Shown here one piece after another: positions 1 through 8,486 of a stretch of DNA of 64,000 nucleotides (its first letter is position 1; every line of letters starts with the position of its first letter). The position numbers and the translations under genes are program-made. The notes beneath the pieces are model-generated. The model did no database searches. It saw nothing but the letters and a program-made list of their open reading frames with translations, and was not told the origin of the DNA. Source of the DNA: Candidatus Delongbacteria bacterium (GTDB lineage: Bacteria; CAIWAD01); assembly GCA_963663545.1 (NCBI GenBank), contig OY760505.1:1120001-1184000 (forward strand), read 5' to 3'.

Positions 1-2392
1 CGCGGGCGGCGTCCACCAGATCGGGGCGCGAGACGGTGCCGAATTCGGGGCCGATGAAAATGCCCGCGCGGCGCAGCTTGCCCAGCTCTTCGCTGCCCTC
101 CAAATAGCGACCGCAGGCACAGACGTGCTCGCCCGGCCAGGGCTCGAGGTCGCGAAACTCGATGCGGTCCTTTTTGCGCGCCTGCTGCACGCCCGCGCTG
201 CGCAGGTGTTCGAGCACCATGCTGGTGAAATCCTGCACACTGCCGTACTGCATGCGCGCTTCGGCCACGTTGTCCACCAGCTCGTCGTCCTCGCCCACCG
301 CCAGCATGCGATGCGGGCTGATGGATTCCACCGTAAAGGGCCCGGCCACGCGCACGCGCTTGTTGTCGCTGTAGGGCTTGTCGTAGAGGTACTCGTAGTC
401 GGCGTTGCGCGCAATGCTGTCGTCGATCTGGCGCTGGCGCGCGATGCGGCAGTCCCAGAACTCCTTGAAGGGCGCGTGACTGGCGGCCGGCCAGTCGGCG
501 GGGGCTTCGCGGGGCACTTCCCACTCCACCAGCTCGCCCAAAGGCACCACCTCGCCCGAAGGCATGCTGAAGGTCTCGCCGGGCTGGGCGCTGAACTTGA
601 TCTTCTTGCCTTTGCGCCCACCCGTTTCCACCGCAAAGGGCGTGGCATGGCCGCGCAGGGTGGCGTTCAGTTCGGCCAGCGCCTGCTGTAGTCTGGGCTG
701 CCACTGTTCCCAGATCAGGTCGATCTCGGCGTTGTTGGCAATGGCCTTGAGCTTGATATGCGGCACACGCTCGTAGACAAAACCCTGACGCAGGGAGGGC
801 GCGGGCAACTTGGCCTTGGCGGGCGAAGGCAGCAGCTCGCGGCCACTTATGGCGGCCTCTTTGGCTTTGCCCTCGGGGGTATCCGCCAGCAGATAGTAGG
901 GATAGCGCGCGCCCATGATGCGTGCGCGGGCCAGGGCCAGCGCCACACGGGAGGTGTCGATGGTAATCCAGCGGCGCCCCCACTGCTCGGCCACGTAGGC
1001 CGTGGTGCCACTGCCGCAGGTGGGGTCCAGCACAAGGTCGCCGGGGTCGGTGGCCATCAGGAGGCACCTGGCAACCACAGCAGTTGAAGTTTGAACCACG
1101 TATACAAGGCCGGTGCCTATCTGGAGTGACTCCCACCGATCTGTGATAGGTAGGACAGCGAAATCATCGAGGAGGCGCTTGTACCGCGTAGTCAAAGCAC
1201 TGGCAGCAATGCGACTTGCTTTGACTAGCCTTGTCATCCCGAGAATCGTTGTTTTCCAGTGGCTGGAAGAGCCAGGTGTGTACTCTGTTCCCTGGAATCT
1301 GAACACTTGTTCCTCAGAAGCAAGCCCGGAACTAATCAGGCTTGTGTGCCGAAAGATGCGACCTTCCGGCAGAGGTGCTGTCCGCTCCAGTTCCTCACGT
1401 GATAACCTACGCTCGCGTCCGTTTTGCAATTCGATTTGATCGTAGCGATCAGAAGATACATGCCCTGCAATCCGGTCGTTGTACAGCTGCCGATACTTCA
1501 CGTTTGTCTTGCTCTTCGCATACCACAGAATGAAGTCAACTGTGTTGGCCAGAAGTGCAGACGCTTGGCTTCCTGTCTTCTGAACCTGAATGATGGAACA
1601 GAAATTCCCATCCCCGAACACCTCATCCATCAGCGCGCGAACGCGGTGCACGTTTTCGTCGCCGATCTGCACAAAAATGCTGCCACTCTCCGTCAACAGC
1701 TCGCGGGCCAGAAGCAGCCGGTCGCGCAGGTAGCTCAGGTAGCTGTGAATGCCGTCGCGCCAGGTGTCGCGAAAAGCCTTGACCATCTCAGGCTCGCGGG
1801 TAATGTGCTCGCGTTTGCCGTCCTTGACATCGCGGCTGGTGGTCGACCACTGGAAGTTGCTGTTGAATTTGATGCCGTAGGGCGGGTCCAGGTAGATGCA
1901 CTGCACCTTGCCCTTCAGGCCTTCGCGCTCCGCCAGGCTAGCCATCACCTGCAGGCTGTCACCCAGGATCATGCGGTTGGTCCAGTTGGCCTCGTGCTGG
2001 TAAAACTCGGTGCGGTCGGCGCCCTCGGGCAGGCCATTGAAATCGCCAAAGAGGTCGGTCTGCTCGCTTTGGGGCTGAGCCTGGCGGCGCTCGCTTTCGC
2101 GGCGCAGATCCTCAATGAGCACCTTGGGATGCAGCTTCTCTTGAATGTAGAGCGGCGGCGCCTGCACCTGCAGGCGGGCTTCGTCCTGCGCAGCCTTGCC
2201 ACGCCAGACCAGCTGAGGGTCCAGGTCGGGGTTGCGGCGCTCGTACTCCAGTTGCAGCGGCTCGCGAGTGCGGTCATCCAGCATGGCCTGGTGTTCGGCG
2301 GTGGGAATGTTGGTGCGCGAAGCTTCGCGGTGTACCAGGGCTTCCACCTGCTTGGGGGCGGCCTTCTTTCCGGGGGCTTGCTTGGCGGCCAT
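1..2392 (-). CDS. mod: Type III R-M DNA adenine methyltransferase (Mod subunit), runs off the left edge
   Basis: Hand translation from ATG at 2392 (MAAKQAPGKKAAPKQVEAL...). It contains CIYLDPPYGI (N6-MTase catalytic motif) and DPTCGSGTT (SAM binding). It is absent from the ORF track, consistent with its stop lying outside the window. Confidence 0.92.
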   Translation of the reverse strand, partial: MAAKQAPGKKAAPKQVEALVHREASRTNIPTAEHQAMLDDRTREPLQLEYERRNPDLDPQLVWRGKAAQDEARLQVQAPPLYIQEKLHPKVLIEDLRRESERRQAQPQSEQTDLFGDFNGLPEGADRTEFYQHEANWTNRMILGDSLQVMASLAEREGLKGKVQCIYLDPPYGIKFNSNFQWSTTSRDVKDGKREHITREPEMVKAFRDTWRDGIHSYLSYLRDRLLLARELLTESGSIFVQIGDENVHRVRALMDEVFGDGNFCSIIQVQKTGSQASALLANTVDFILWYAKSKTNVKYRQLYNDRIAGHVSSDRYDQIELQNGRERRLSREELERTAPLPEGRIFRHTSLISSGLASEEQVFRFQGTEYTPGSSSHWKTTILGMTRLVKASRIAASALTTRYKRLLDDFAVLPITDRWESLQIGTGLVYVVQTSTAVVARCLLMATDPGDLVLDPTCGSGTTAYVAEQWGRRWITIDTSRVALALARARIMGARYPYYLLADTPEGKAKEAAISGRELLPSPAKAKLPAPSLRQGFVYERVPHIKLKAIANNAEIDLIWEQWQPRLQQALAELNATLRGHATPFAVETGGRKGKKIKFSAQPGETFSMPSGEVVPLGELVEWEVPREAPADWPAASHAPFKEFWDCRIARQRQIDDSIARNADYEYLYDKPYSDNKRVRVAGPFTVESISPHRMLAVGEDDELVDNVAEARMQYGSVQDFTSMVLEHLRSAGVQQARKKDRIEFRDLEPWPGEHVCACGRYLEGSEELGKLRRAGIFIGPEFGTVSRPDLVDAAR

Positions 2393-2429
2393 CTGTGTGT
2401 CCTTCTCTCTATCTGGTTCTGGCGATTCG

Positions 2430-2467
2430 GCGTCCGCTTCTTGCGCGTCCGCTTCCTGCGCGTCCGC
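2430..2467. repeat. 15-bp tandem repeat GCGTCCGCTTC(T/C)TGC, about 2.5 copies, upstream of mod
   Basis: Read directly from the sequence. Confidence 0.8.
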
Positions 2468-2473
2468 GGCGCT

Positions 2474-2612
2474 CAGTTACATACCCGTTACATCTGCAGG
2501 ACTTATTTCTTCTGGCAAAACCATGTGTTCTGTTACTTTCCGAAACGTATTTTTCATTTTTTCAGTGACTGAATTGGATCTTTTTTCTTGGCCAGTTACA
2601 TAGCGGTTACAT
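2474..2612. repeat. Pair of 20-bp direct repeats CAGTTACATAnnnGTTACAT (2474-2493 and 2593-2612) flanking AT-rich DNA
   Basis: The copies are 17/20 identical and each contains GTTACAT twice. Confidence 0.75.
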
Positions 2613-2710
2613 ATCACTCAGGTTCTCAGGATTTCTACTTCTCTTTTTCCTCACCTCTCGAAAGCACTCTCAGTACTGCTCCGACATTTATAAGAAATGA
2701 GCTTTTTGCT

Positions 2711-2927
2711 CTAGTCTTCCCCACAGGTCCGATGCAGAGTGGCCTGAAAATCGGTTATCACCTTGAGGATCTCCTCGAAATCGGGCACATCGCCGAAAAA
2801 CATCTCTGCCTGCATACCTTTGTAGTCTCTCGTCCATTTCCTCTTCCGATCTGGCGGTGGCGTCAACTGCCACTTGATTATAAGTCCTGCGTCTTGTCTC
2901 AGCGGGAAATGCAAGGAAGGCTTTCAC
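2711..2927 (-). pseudogene. Internally deleted AbiEii/AbiGii-type nucleotidyltransferase toxin
   Basis: The GTG start overlaps the antitoxin stop (GTGA). The N-terminus MKAFLAFPAETRRRTYNQVA is joined out of frame to a C-terminus typical of this family (RDYKGMQAEMFFGDVPDFEEIL). Confidence 0.7.
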
Positions 2928-3535
2928 GCGCACCTCGAATCGCAAACACGCCGTATCACATCGCCAATCCAGGCTGGCGCTAGACGGATATCGCGCAGAA
3001 GCTGCCGGCATTCCTCCTCGCCAAGCCGCTCCGCCAAAATGCGAAGCTGGGCTTCGCCTACCTGTTCCTTGCCCAGGTGACGTAGCGCTTGTATCACCAA
3101 TCCGCTGATGCGACCGGCTGCCGCCATGTTGCGTGGCGTTGTGTGTTTGAGCTGAATCACCTGCTTGCCAATGCGAACGGTGCGTGCGCTTCCATCTGTA
3201 AGGAAGACGACCTGCATGGGGACTTGCGTACTCAGCCCGAGCAGATTGGCTGCATAGGCTCCGGCAGGCTGAATGCGCGCCTCATCTCGCCCGGCCAAGG
3301 CAAGCGCAATTTCATCGATGGAAGGATGCAGCACGCCAAGAAGTGCATCTTGCCGCGGAAAGTCGTACAAACCACGCCCTAGCTGCCGAATTATGCCTTC
3401 ATCACGCAAGCGCTGCAGAATGGTTGTCAAAGTAGAAGCACCCGCCAAGTCGCGAAAGTGCCTCGGCGTAAACACCCAGCCACGCTTCTTGCCTCTGATG
3501 CGTTTAAGTATTTTATTTTCTAGTGTTTCAGGCAT
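2924..3535 (-). CDS. AbiEi-type (DUF6088-like) type IV TA antitoxin / transcriptional regulator
   Basis: Motifs RGWVFTPRHF, LQRL..EGIIRQLGRGLY and AANLLGLSTQVP. Start taken at MPETLENKIL. Confidence 0.82.
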   Translation of the reverse strand: MPETLENKILKRIRGKKRGWVFTPRHFRDLAGASTLTTILQRLRDEGIIRQLGRGLYDFPRQDALLGVLHPSIDEIALALAGRDEARIQPAGAYAANLLGLSTQVPMQVVFLTDGSARTVRIGKQVIQLKHTTPRNMAAAGRISGLVIQALRHLGKEQVGEAQLRILAERLGEEECRQLLRDIRLAPAWIGDVIRRVCDSRCA

Positions 3536-3553
3536 ATTCTCATTAAAGCATTC

Positions 3554-3583
3554 TGGGACAAAATCTACTCCCTTTTTGTCCCA
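3554..3583. promoter_or_regulatory. Inverted repeat TGGGACAAAA-N10-TTTTGTCCCA, probable autoregulatory operator of the antitoxin
   Basis: Perfect 10-bp inverted repeat about 20 bp upstream of the start codon. AbiEi proteins are known to bind inverted repeats in their own promoter. Confidence 0.6.
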
Positions 3584-3620
3584 ACAATATCGCAGCAAAA
3601 AGCAGGAAAGCAAGAGCCGA

Positions 3621-6600
3621 TCAGCCCTTTGCCAACGATGAAATCAGACTGTCAAACTGGCTTTCCACTTTCGCCGCAAAGTCGGCTTCCATTTCGTAGA
3701 TGTCGCAGAACTCGGCAAAAGCCCAGCGACCATAACTGCCCAACTGGTTGACGCCCGGCACCCAGAGAGTGTCCATGGTCAGCTTCTTGGCCTTGGCGTC
3801 CTCGCCGCGGTAGCCTTTGATCTCCACCACCAGATGCAGCGGGTTGTCCTCGCCGTGGCCGTCGTCCACCTTCACAATGAAATCGGGCCGATAGCGGTGC
3901 TTTTCGCCGGCAAGCTGATAGGGGACTTCAAAGCCCAGATTGTGGTTCTTGACGTAGGCCAGCACCCTGGGGTGCGCCTCCGCCACGCGGCAGAACTCAG
4001 CCTCCCAGCCGGGTCCATCCAGAATCAGCCAGTTGAGGTGGCAGCGATCGAAGGCGGGTTCCCAGCGATCGGTCTTGGTGGTGTGAAAGCTGACGTGGGC
4101 GGTGGAACCCCAGGGGTTGTAGCTGTTGGGGATGGCCAGTACCCGGGCGCGCTGCCGTGTGCCGGCGATGATGGCGTGGTTGATGCGCTCGCAGGCCAGA
4201 TCGGCCATTTCGTAATACATCAACTGGGCGGGGTAGGTGCCGCCTTTGCAGCTCAGGCACTCTTCCAGCCACTGGCGCACAATGCGCTTCAGCTGATGAA
4301 AAAGGAACATCTTGGGTGATTTGCCCGCGTCGCGCCAGTAGTTGTAGAGCAGGTGCTGGGTCAGGTGGTAGATCAGGGTTGATGCGCGCACCTGCTGGGT
4401 GTGCACCAGAGTGAGATCGACGCCCTCGCCAATAAGCCCCGCATTCCTGGTAATTGAGGGGCCGATCAGCTCCGGCGTCAGCATCAGGCAGTGGTCGTCG
4501 CCGAAGGTGGCGCTCAGCTTGTCCGGCGGCAACTCCGTGCGATAGCCTTCGATGCAGGGGAAGCTGATCTCGCGCTCGGCGCGTTCGCGAAGGGCACGCA
4601 CGTGAATGGTCTCACGCGGCGGCTGCGGCTTGGCGGGCACCGCCTTGGCGGTGAAGTCGAAGGGAATGCCTAGCACGTCGGCGTACTCGACGGGAAAGAG
4701 CTTGTCCTCGCCCAGCTCGTAGGACTGGCGCCGCAGCGCGCGGCCGGTGACCTGCTCGCAAAGAAGCTGTGTGCCGAAAGCGCGAACGCCCAGCACGTGT
4801 GTCACATTGTTGGCGTCCCAGCCTTCGGTGAGCATGCTGACGGAGACCACGCAGCGCACTTGCTCGCCCAGTCGATCCACCTTGCCCACAGTGTTCATCA
4901 CCTCGCGCAACAGCTCCTGGTCGCTGATCTTGTCCGCGTCCTGCAGATTGCCGGTGCGCTCCACGCGCTCGCGACGGAACTGCTCGATTTCCGCCTTGGC
5001 AAAGACGCGGAAGTCCTTGTCGAGGGCGTCTCCCGATTCGAGTTGCTCGCTGTCAATAAGCAGCGTGCGCGGGCGCGGCAGCGGCTGGTTGTGCTCATCG
5101 TAGTTGCGAAAGAGCTTGAACTCGCCGTTGACCGTCTCCACCGATCCGTCTTCTAGCTCTCGCTCGAAGCCCGAGATATAGTCGTAGACCAGCTTGGAAG
5201 TGGAGGTGTTGTTGCAGACCACGATGAAGCACGGCGGCACGCGCAACCCGTGCTGCGACCACAGTGTGAAGGTTTTCTTGTAGTGTCCGTACAGCGCCTG
5301 TAGTGCCGTCTTGAGTTCGGTGGGCAGCTTGAGGGGGTCCAGCACACCCGCCTTGCCGCGTCCCTTCTTGGAGAGCTGCTTGCCCACGTGCGCCCACAGG
5401 TCGCGGAACATGGGCATATCATCCTGCTGCAAGTTGTCGGCAATGGGCACGCGCGGCAACTTGACAATGCCGCACTCGATGGCGTCCATCAGCGAAAAGT
5501 TGCACAGAGTCCAGGGAAAGAGCGTGCCCTCTTTGTAGCCCGATCCGCTCAGAAAGAAGGGCGTTGCGGAAAGGTCGACGACGCGAAGCTGCTTCACTTT
5601 TCGCTGCAAGGCTTCGATGCCGGAGATCCACAACCGGGCGGCCTCGCGGTTGCTGTCAGCCTGCTTCTTATCGTCGCCCTTCAGGTCGCCTTCCTCACTG
5701 CGATCCGGCTTTTCGCGATAGCAATGATGCGCCTCATCGTTGATCACCATGATAGTGCGCAGGCCCAGCAGATCGGGCATCACGCGCTGCAGCATCTGGC
5801 CTTCGCTCTCCAGCGTTTTCAGCTCCTGTCCACGACCCTGTAGTAGAGCGCGTCCACCGGAACTGAGTTCCATTGTATCACGCAGCTTGAAGGCGTGGTA
5901 GTTGGTGATCACGATCTTCGCCCGCTGGATGTCGGGCAGCATGTCCTGGGGAATCAGGTTGCGCGTCGAGTAGTAGTTGTCGGGGTCGTTGGGCTGTATC
6001 ACGCGCAGGCGGTCGCGGATGGTGATGCCGGGCGCGATGACCAGAAAGCCGTTGGTGAAGCGCGGGCTCTTGCTGCGCACGGCGTTGACCGTCTGCCAGG
6101 CAATGATCATGGCCATCACCGTAGTCTTGCCCGCTCCGGTAGCCAGTTTCAGCGCGATGCGCAACAGGTCCTCGTGGGCGTCGCGGTTGGCGTCCTCCAG
6201 GTAGGCCAGAACCTCTTTGCCTTTGGCGGATGTGGGAGCGACTTCCGTCAGCCAGATCAGCGTCTCCACCGCCTCCACCTGACAGAAGAAGGGCCGGATG
6301 CTGGGGAAGTCGTAGTGACGCCAGTGTTTGAGCAGCCGTTCTGTTTCGCGTGTCACGCCCCACTTGCTGGAGTCGGGAATCGCGCGCCATTCGTCCACGA
6401 GTTTGCGCAGGCCGTTGATGATGGGCGTCGGCTCGTGAACCTGACCCTTTGTATCACCGGGTTCGGTGAAATCCATTGCGATCGTCTTCTCGCCCTTGCG
6501 TCGCTTCTTCACCTCAGGGATCGGTGTCACGTAATCAGCAGGTCGGCGATGATACAGCACTTGGTTGGTCGGCTGGCCCTTGTCATCCAGCTCCCAGTGT

Positions 6601-6677
6601 TTCCCGGGGTACTCGTAGGGCGAGTTCAGTATGGGCTTCTCGAAGAAATTGTATTGGGCGATACGGGCGTCGGGCAT
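3621..6677 (-). CDS. res: Type III restriction enzyme Res subunit (SF2 helicase plus PD-(D/E)xK nuclease)
   Basis: LATGAGKT Walker A, INDEAHHCY, SATPF, MLTEGWDA, EQVTGRALRR, and C-terminal YRPDFIV...VEIKG. Confidence 0.92.
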   Translation of the reverse strand: MPDARIAQYNFFEKPILNSPYEYPGKHWELDDKGQPTNQVLYHRRPADYVTPIPEVKKRRKGEKTIAMDFTEPGDTKGQVHEPTPIINGLRKLVDEWRAIPDSSKWGVTRETERLLKHWRHYDFPSIRPFFCQVEAVETLIWLTEVAPTSAKGKEVLAYLEDANRDAHEDLLRIALKLATGAGKTTVMAMIIAWQTVNAVRSKSPRFTNGFLVIAPGITIRDRLRVIQPNDPDNYYSTRNLIPQDMLPDIQRAKIVITNYHAFKLRDTMELSSGGRALLQGRGQELKTLESEGQMLQRVMPDLLGLRTIMVINDEAHHCYREKPDRSEEGDLKGDDKKQADSNREAARLWISGIEALQRKVKQLRVVDLSATPFFLSGSGYKEGTLFPWTLCNFSLMDAIECGIVKLPRVPIADNLQQDDMPMFRDLWAHVGKQLSKKGRGKAGVLDPLKLPTELKTALQALYGHYKKTFTLWSQHGLRVPPCFIVVCNNTSTSKLVYDYISGFERELEDGSVETVNGEFKLFRNYDEHNQPLPRPRTLLIDSEQLESGDALDKDFRVFAKAEIEQFRRERVERTGNLQDADKISDQELLREVMNTVGKVDRLGEQVRCVVSVSMLTEGWDANNVTHVLGVRAFGTQLLCEQVTGRALRRQSYELGEDKLFPVEYADVLGIPFDFTAKAVPAKPQPPRETIHVRALRERAEREISFPCIEGYRTELPPDKLSATFGDDHCLMLTPELIGPSITRNAGLIGEGVDLTLVHTQQVRASTLIYHLTQHLLYNYWRDAGKSPKMFLFHQLKRIVRQWLEECLSCKGGTYPAQLMYYEMADLACERINHAIIAGTRQRARVLAIPNSYNPWGSTAHVSFHTTKTDRWEPAFDRCHLNWLILDGPGWEAEFCRVAEAHPRVLAYVKNHNLGFEVPYQLAGEKHRYRPDFIVKVDDGHGEDNPLHLVVEIKGYRGEDAKAKKLTMDTLWVPGVNQLGSYGRWAFAEFCDIYEMEADFAAKVESQFDSLISSLAKG

Positions 6678-6917
6678 TTCCTTCTCCTGCTCAAACAGGC
6701 AAGACTTCGGGCTGTGTCTAGATTGCGTGACAGTGAGCTACAATGTACGCCTTCTCGTACTTGAAGTGTAGTTCAAATCACACGACCGCTACCAGCAGAT
6801 GTTATGTATCACCTTGTTGGCCAATCGCACTGGGGACTTGCTTGCGCTATTACTGTTGTCCCTTGAGTAGGTGCTGCGCGAAGCTCCATACCTCTCAGGA
6901 TTCGGGACAGCTCGCCC

Positions 6918-7289
6918 CTACTCCTCCCCCTCCAGCCACGGCATCTCAAAGGGCGCAATGGTAAACGATCCCTGGCCATCCTTACGCTTGAAGGCGAAAC
7001 CGTAGAAGAAGCCGTGCTCATCGGCCATGTAGAAGACGCAGGGCGTTGTGGCGAAGTCGCCCTGCCAGCCCAACTCCTCTGCCACTCGTTGGACAACGGA
7101 AAACTCCTGCTTGAGCTGCGCGATCTCCTCCTCGAAGCGATAGTCCTGACCCCTCTCAGCTGCGATGGGCTCCGGCACCGGTGTATCACGCCAGGCTGCG
7201 ATGGTGGCCTCCAGAGTGCTCAGGGCGTCCCACTTGAAATCGGTCGAGCTGCTGTGATACACGTGCATGTCGTGGCGTACTTCGTGCAT
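6918..7289 (-). CDS. Hypothetical protein (123 aa)
   Basis: AGGAGG RBS before ATG 7289. Protein-like C-terminus GWQGDF...GFAFK...PWL. Confidence 0.7.
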   Translation of the reverse strand: MHEVRHDMHVYHSSSTDFKWDALSTLEATIAAWRDTPVPEPIAAERGQDYRFEEEIAQLKQEFSVVQRVAEELGWQGDFATTPCVFYMADEHGFFYGFAFKRKDGQGSFTIAPFEMPWLEGEE

Positions 7290-7500
7290 GATTTCCTCCT
7301 GATTGTCCGTTACATGTGCTGTCACTCTTTGTCGCGCTGGATTCATAATTGCAAAAAGATCGGCTAGGGGTGAGACACGATTACATCGCAATAGCGTTCC
7401 CTCCTTCGTCGGTGGGAAGGCGTAGAGCTAGCAACAGCGCATTTCTCCTAAGCTGAGCAGAATCAGGCACGAACTCGCGCGGATTATTCTACCGCTTCTT

Positions 7501-8034
7501 ATGAACAAGCGGCTATTATCATGTCAGGAAGTTTGGAAAGGGGAACTCATGCCCGGTAGTATGTCCCATGGCGCAATCGCCACTTCGCCTGCCAGCCCTG
7601 CGGAATCACTTCCGCACACTTTGTTGCGGAACAGCGAGTACAAAGGCGAACGCCCCCTCTTTGCCCTCACGCACGCCAGACTGGAGCAAGTGCGTTTCCT
7701 CCCTGGCGAATCGGCGCTGAAGCACTCGCGCGACATTCAGGTGCAGCACTGCGAGTTCGACTGCAGGTATCCGCTCTGGCATAGCACAGAAGTGCAGATT
7801 TTGGATTGTCGCTTCGAGGCGGATGTGCGCGCGGCAGTCTGGTACAGCAACGACGTAGTAATGCGGAATTGCCTGGTGCATGCGCCGAAAATGTTCCGTC
7901 GCGTGTCCGGACTTTGGCTGCAGGACTGCCGCTTTACCGATGCTGCCGAGACAATGTGGAATTGTGATACACTGACGCCGATTCGCGCGGAGGTTAAAGG
8001 CGCTGACTATCTGGGCATGAACAGTAGTGAATAG
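7501..8034 (+). pseudogene. DUF3737-family beta-helix protein, apparently truncated at the 3' end
   Basis: Motifs GERPLF, GESALK, YPLWH, RAAVWYS and APKMFR. It stops mid-repeat (DYLGMNSSE*) and is shorter than typical family members. Confidence 0.65.
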
Positions 8035-8423
8035 GGCTTAGGTCGCTCATCAGCTCAAGTGCTTCCCGGCCAGTTCTCGTGAGCACGGTAATTGCGTGGA
8101 GTTGGAAAAGTATTCAGTTTTTGTGCAGAAGGTGTTAACAAACCGTTTCAACATCACGATAATTGTGTACAGACAAAGCAGCGAACAGATTATCTTCGGA
8201 ACACTTTTAGAACACTTGAAGCGATATACACACTGCTATTCTATCCCTATGATGACATTTCTGTCAAAATATTCTTTAGGCATTGGACCGGTAATTTTCC
8301 ATAAGCGGTGTCGGCTTTAGACTCCCGAATTTTTATGTCTATACTGCCTGAAATTGAACATTGCAACGCTACAAAACCTAAAGTTTGATTCAACACCTTG
8401 TCCTGGTTCGGTTCAGTTTTCAT

Positions 8424-8438
8424 TGGCATAGCCTTTGC
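8424..8438 (+). promoter_or_regulatory. Sigma54 (-24/-12) promoter TGGCAT-AGCCT-TTGC
   Basis: Exact GG-N10-GC spacing about 50 bp upstream of ATG 8487, with an AT-rich region further upstream. Confidence 0.7.
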
Positions 8439-8486
8439 CCTATTTCGTGCACTCGAATCACATTCACACTATTCGCAGGAGGATGT

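Noticed and set aside
2430..2467. Phase-variable simple repeat in mod
   Set aside because: The 15-bp repeat lies upstream of the start codon, has about 2.5 copies and cannot shift the frame.
125..2603. Long plus-strand ORFs over mod (and similar antisense ORFs such as 14491..15780, 24432..25649 and 59404..60711)
   Set aside because: They are shadow ORFs opposite well-supported genes in GC-rich DNA and carry no recognisable motifs.
8092..8429. Short ORFs in the AT-rich stretch, and 10344..10562
   Set aside because: No convincing RBS or motif; more likely regulatory or decayed DNA.
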